From Podarcis liolepis (lineage: Eukaryota), in NCBI GenBank assembly GCA_965112155.1, contig OZ218101.1: a stretch of 64,000 bases of DNA, one strand, 5' to 3'. Both the position numbers and the translations under genes were made by a program. The stretch's first letter is position 1. The number at the start of each line of letters is the position of its first letter. The notes beneath the pieces were generated by a model. That model ran no database searches and was not told the DNA's origin. It saw nothing but the letters and a program-made list of their open reading frames with translations. Shown here piece after piece: positions 60,324 through 64,000 of the stretch.

Positions 60324-61029
60324 CAGTGTTTTTCAACCACTGTTCCGCAGCACACTAGTGTGCCGCGAGATGTTGCCTGGTGTGCCGTGGGGAAAATTGA
60401 AAAATTCAAAAGATTTTTTTTTAAAAAAGAAAGATTTAAAAAAAAAAAACATTTCGCCCACTAGGCGGGCGCCGGACTGTGTCCTGGGTATGGGGGGGTT
60501 TGGGGTTTTTGACCCCACCCTCGGCCAACAGGGGCACCGATTGGTGCTCCTCAGGGTGACACCCTCCACTTTTCTGATGTCCAGGCTGTGATTGGTCCAG
60601 ACTCCAGCCTGGACCTATCACAGTAGGACATCATCTTCCGACTTCCTTCCCGCCCGAGCACAGTGTGCGCAGCAGCGGAGAGAAGAAGACGTCGTGACTC
60701 GAGTCACCAGGAGGACCGGAACAGGAGGAGACGGACGGAGACCAGGACTCGGCGGGAGTCGGCACTGCAGAGAGACCGCATGTGGATACAGACCAGGCCG
60801 CAAGTGCAGTGTGAGGTGAGGAGGTCATCTGGAACCAGTCAGTCACGGTCGGGTCTCAGAAGAGAGACGAGTGAGTCCAGCCCTGTGCAGCAGCAGCAGC
60901 CCGGTATGTTTATATATAGTCAATATAGGCACAGAGTTAATTTTTTTAACATTTTCTAATGGTGGTGTGCCTCGTGATTTTTATCATGAAACAAGTGTGC
61001 CTTTGCCCAAAAAAGGTTGAAAAACACTG
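60324..61029. mobile_element. Non-autonomous hAT transposon, same termini as 13082-14485 but a different interior
   Basis: Perfect 15-bp TIRs cagtgtttttcaacc / ggttgaaaaacactg; perfect 8-bp TSD acaaagag at 60316-60323 and 61030-61037. Confidence 0.95.
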
Positions 61030-61821
61030 ACAAAGAGTACTGTGGCAACTTTGCCACAGAATTGTTGAGTAGTTTGAAGGCTAATACCATTATTCCGGTA
61101 TAAATTATAATAGAGCACGGTCCATTTCCTCAAGTGTAATCCTGCAGCATACCATGATGGAGAGGAAGAGGGGCACTTCAAGAATGGCATGGTTCAGTCA
61201 CATCAGTTGGGCCAATCTAGTGCTCCTGTTGGAATGTTTGTGCCATGCCAACTTCACCATCATGCTCCTCCCACTCTCTGGTATGCTGCCATCTGCTGCT
61301 GGCAATATGCAGGGGTGGTATGCCCTGTTCACCACCTGGTGTAAAACAAGAACGTGCTGCCACACCGCTCCACTGCCACAGCCTCCCTTCCCTGGGTTGC
61401 AAGGCTTCTGGTGAGATCTTGCGAGGACTTTTGCACTCCGTGAGATCTTGCAAGACTTCAGCAAGATCTCATTGGAAACCGGTGCTGTTGCCGGTGCCAC
61501 TTCTCTGCCAATGGCAGCAGAGCGGGCAGAGTGCCCACAGTGGCCTTCAATTGCCCAAGACAGCTGCCTCACCCTGCCTCAAAGGTGGGCCAGCTCTGGC
61601 TATATGAGAGTGAAGTCAAAGAGAAATGTCACGCTGAAAGAACAAACAGTGACAATTACGGGAAAGCAAAGTACAGTAATGACAGTGACAAATTAACAAA
61701 GCAATGTTGCTGTTAACACAAACATCCTGCCATTAGTTAGCTAATTAAAACATGTAATTTAATAAAAATGTATAATCTCAATCCAAAGTGACAAAATTGG
61801 ATTGCATGCTGAGTTCTAATT

Positions 61822-61860
61822 CGTTTGTTTGTTTGTTTGTTTGTTTGTTTGTTTGTTTTG
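61822..61860. repeat. (TTTG)n microsatellite
   Basis: Direct reading. Confidence 0.95.
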
Positions 61861-63235
61861 GCCATTTTTATGGTCAGTTGCAGGGTGTTGGTAGGTTGAA
61901 ATGTTCCCCCCTCCAGGTTTCTGGGTACTATCAGCGCTGAATCAGATTGTGTTAATTTATTGTTTTGCCTAGAGATTGACCTGTCTGTCCTACATAGAAA
62001 TGCCCTACAAAAGGGCATTTCTGACAGATTATGATCCCTCTCATACTAGAAGATGAGCAACTAAACTTTAATTAGTCACTGCCATTTTTTATGATCTGTT
62101 CTTTTTGAATATCATTTCACTGTGTCCTCACTCTCCTACATACTGTCCCACCAAAACTTGTCAGTTTTGGATTATACAATGGATCTGATGAAGTTGAGAG
62201 TGGTCTACAAAAGCTTATGTCATAATAAATTTGCAAGTCACAAGACATCTGAATCTTCATAATTTGAAGAATTTGCAAACAGTGACTTGGAAGCAGGCTT
62301 AATTGTAGTTTGCTGATCTAGATGTCACAGCAAACTAAGGTTAGAGAAAATCATTATTGGAGGAAATCTGGGCAGGAGAGAAAAGAAAAGAGTAGGATTA
62401 TGTGAGTCTACGGCATGATTCCAGCCTTGAAACTATGGTATGCAGGACTAGGTTACAAGATCTGAATTGAACCTACATATAACAAGCATTAAAAATTTAA
62501 ATTTGCATCCAAAATAACAAGAAGAAAATAACATTAAAGCACACAATAATTAATAAAGGGGATGTCTTTTCATATACCTATCACGACGAAGTCAGTATCT
62601 CCTTCTTTTCAAATGAATTTAAAGCAAACAACACAGTATTCTTCAAAGACAATGGGAAGTGCTTTAGAGTTGCTGCTAATTAAGTCAAACTGAACTGAAG
62701 TAGCATTTAAATCCATCTATTTTAATCATAGTCAAAAAGTAATTTTCACTAATGATGGAGAGTTCAAGTCATACTATTTTCTCTGAAACCACTGAATGTC
62801 ATAAACCCATTATTAGCCACTCTATTATTGTAATGGCACTTACATTTTACATAAAAGTGTATTGATTATGCTTGCTGCTCAAATTTAAGTACAGATAAAG
62901 AAATAATAGAAACAGAAAGAAATAATAGCATTACTTTTTATTTCATAGAGTAATTGCTGCATTGAAATAAAGAAATAAAAGTACTATATACAGCCTAGAA
63001 TTTGATAAAATACTTTTAAGGCTGTGGTGCTATGCACACTTTGAAATGACTTTCTTCTGAGTTAGTGTGCCACATCTGCATTGTAATCGTTATTAAGGCT
63101 TGCTATTACAATGAAAAAGGAAGAGCCTATCAGGCATGTCTTATAAGTGATTCACCTTTACATCATATTACGGCATCTTGCACCCAATTCCTAAAAATCT
63201 GCAACACTTACAGCATTGTATTTGGTGGCATTATA

Positions 63236-63872
63236 CAGTCGCACCTTGGTTCTCAAACACCAAAAACCTGGAAGTAAGTGTTCTGGTTTTCGAATATTTT
63301 TCGGAGGCCGAACGTCCGATGTGGCTGTCAGCTATTGTTTCCGGGGCACCTGCACCAATCAGAAGCTGCGCCTTGGTTTTCGAACATTTCAGAAGTCAAA
63401 TGGACTTCTGGAACAGATTTAAGTTTGGCTCTTTTTGTTTTTGCTATTTATTTTGTGTTTTTGTTTTTGAGGTTTTTTCGGTTAATTTGTTTTTGTGATT
63501 GTGTGAAACCCAGTTCAGCTACTGATTGATTGTGTGACTGCAGAAATGGATAAAAGCCCCCCCCCCATCTAAACAATGACTATCATCAGTGCAGGTAAGG
63601 GGAAAATAATAATTTTTATTTTTATCATCTACAATACTGTTTTATTTATTTTATAGTACAGTATATTGATTATTGCTTTCATTTGATGGATCAATGGTCT
63701 TGTTAGTAAAATTCATGCTAAATTGCTGTTTTAGGGGTTGTTTTTCAAAGTCTGGAACGGATTAGTCCATTTTGCATTACTTTCTATGGGAAAGAGTGCC
63801 TTGGTTTTGGAACACTTTGGTTTTGGAATGGACTTCAGGAACAGATTAAGTTTGAGAACCAAGGTACCACTG
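63236..63872. mobile_element. Non-autonomous Tc1/mariner (Tigger/pogo-like) element
   Basis: 23-bp TIRs cagtcgcaccttggttctcaaac / gtttgagaaccaaggtaccactg; TA on the left, right TA mutated. Confidence 0.85.
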
Positions 63873-64000
63873 CACTGCCATAGCACATTGTGCTATAAAG
63901 CTTATACCTGACTAAAGAGCTTCAGGGGTTTTCCTGATTGGTCCAAACAACTACAGCACAATCCTATGCACGCATGCTCAGGAATAAGCTCCATTACTTT

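Noticed and set aside
61198-61610. GC-richer block with repeated gagatcttgc and overlapping ORFs
   Set aside because: No TIR, TSD or protein similarity I can support.
63908-63950. Possible small CFAP47 exon near the window end
   Set aside because: The frame needed to join the phase-1 exon at 60060 contains a stop.

Overview
Eukaryotic genomic DNA from a squamate, most likely a lacertid lizard (Sauria SINEs of the Podarcis type, Bov-B, CR1, L1, L2). The whole window lies inside one large minus-strand gene, CFAP47 (cilia- and flagella-associated protein 47, with a calponin-homology domain). I traced 25 internal GT-AG exons (60060 down to 652; 3,641 nt, about 1,213 codons) whose splice phases chain without a stop; the start and end of the gene lie outside the window. 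The introns hold a very young full-length Gypsy/Mag-type LTR retrotransposon (identical 266-bp LTRs, 5-bp TSD, tRNA-Ser PBS, one 4-bp frameshift), five Sauria SINEs, LINE fragments, a Penelope-type hairpin, probable solo LTRs and several non-autonomous DNA transposons. The most notable observation is two hAT-type elements (13082-14485 and 60324-61029) with the same termini and perfect 8-bp TSDs but unrelated CpG-rich interiors. One interior looks like a captured CpG-island promoter plus first exon and intron start, suggesting a Pack-hAT family that moves promoter DNA. No prokaryotic features or CRISPR arrays are present. Gene and repeat-family names come from recall, not from database searches.
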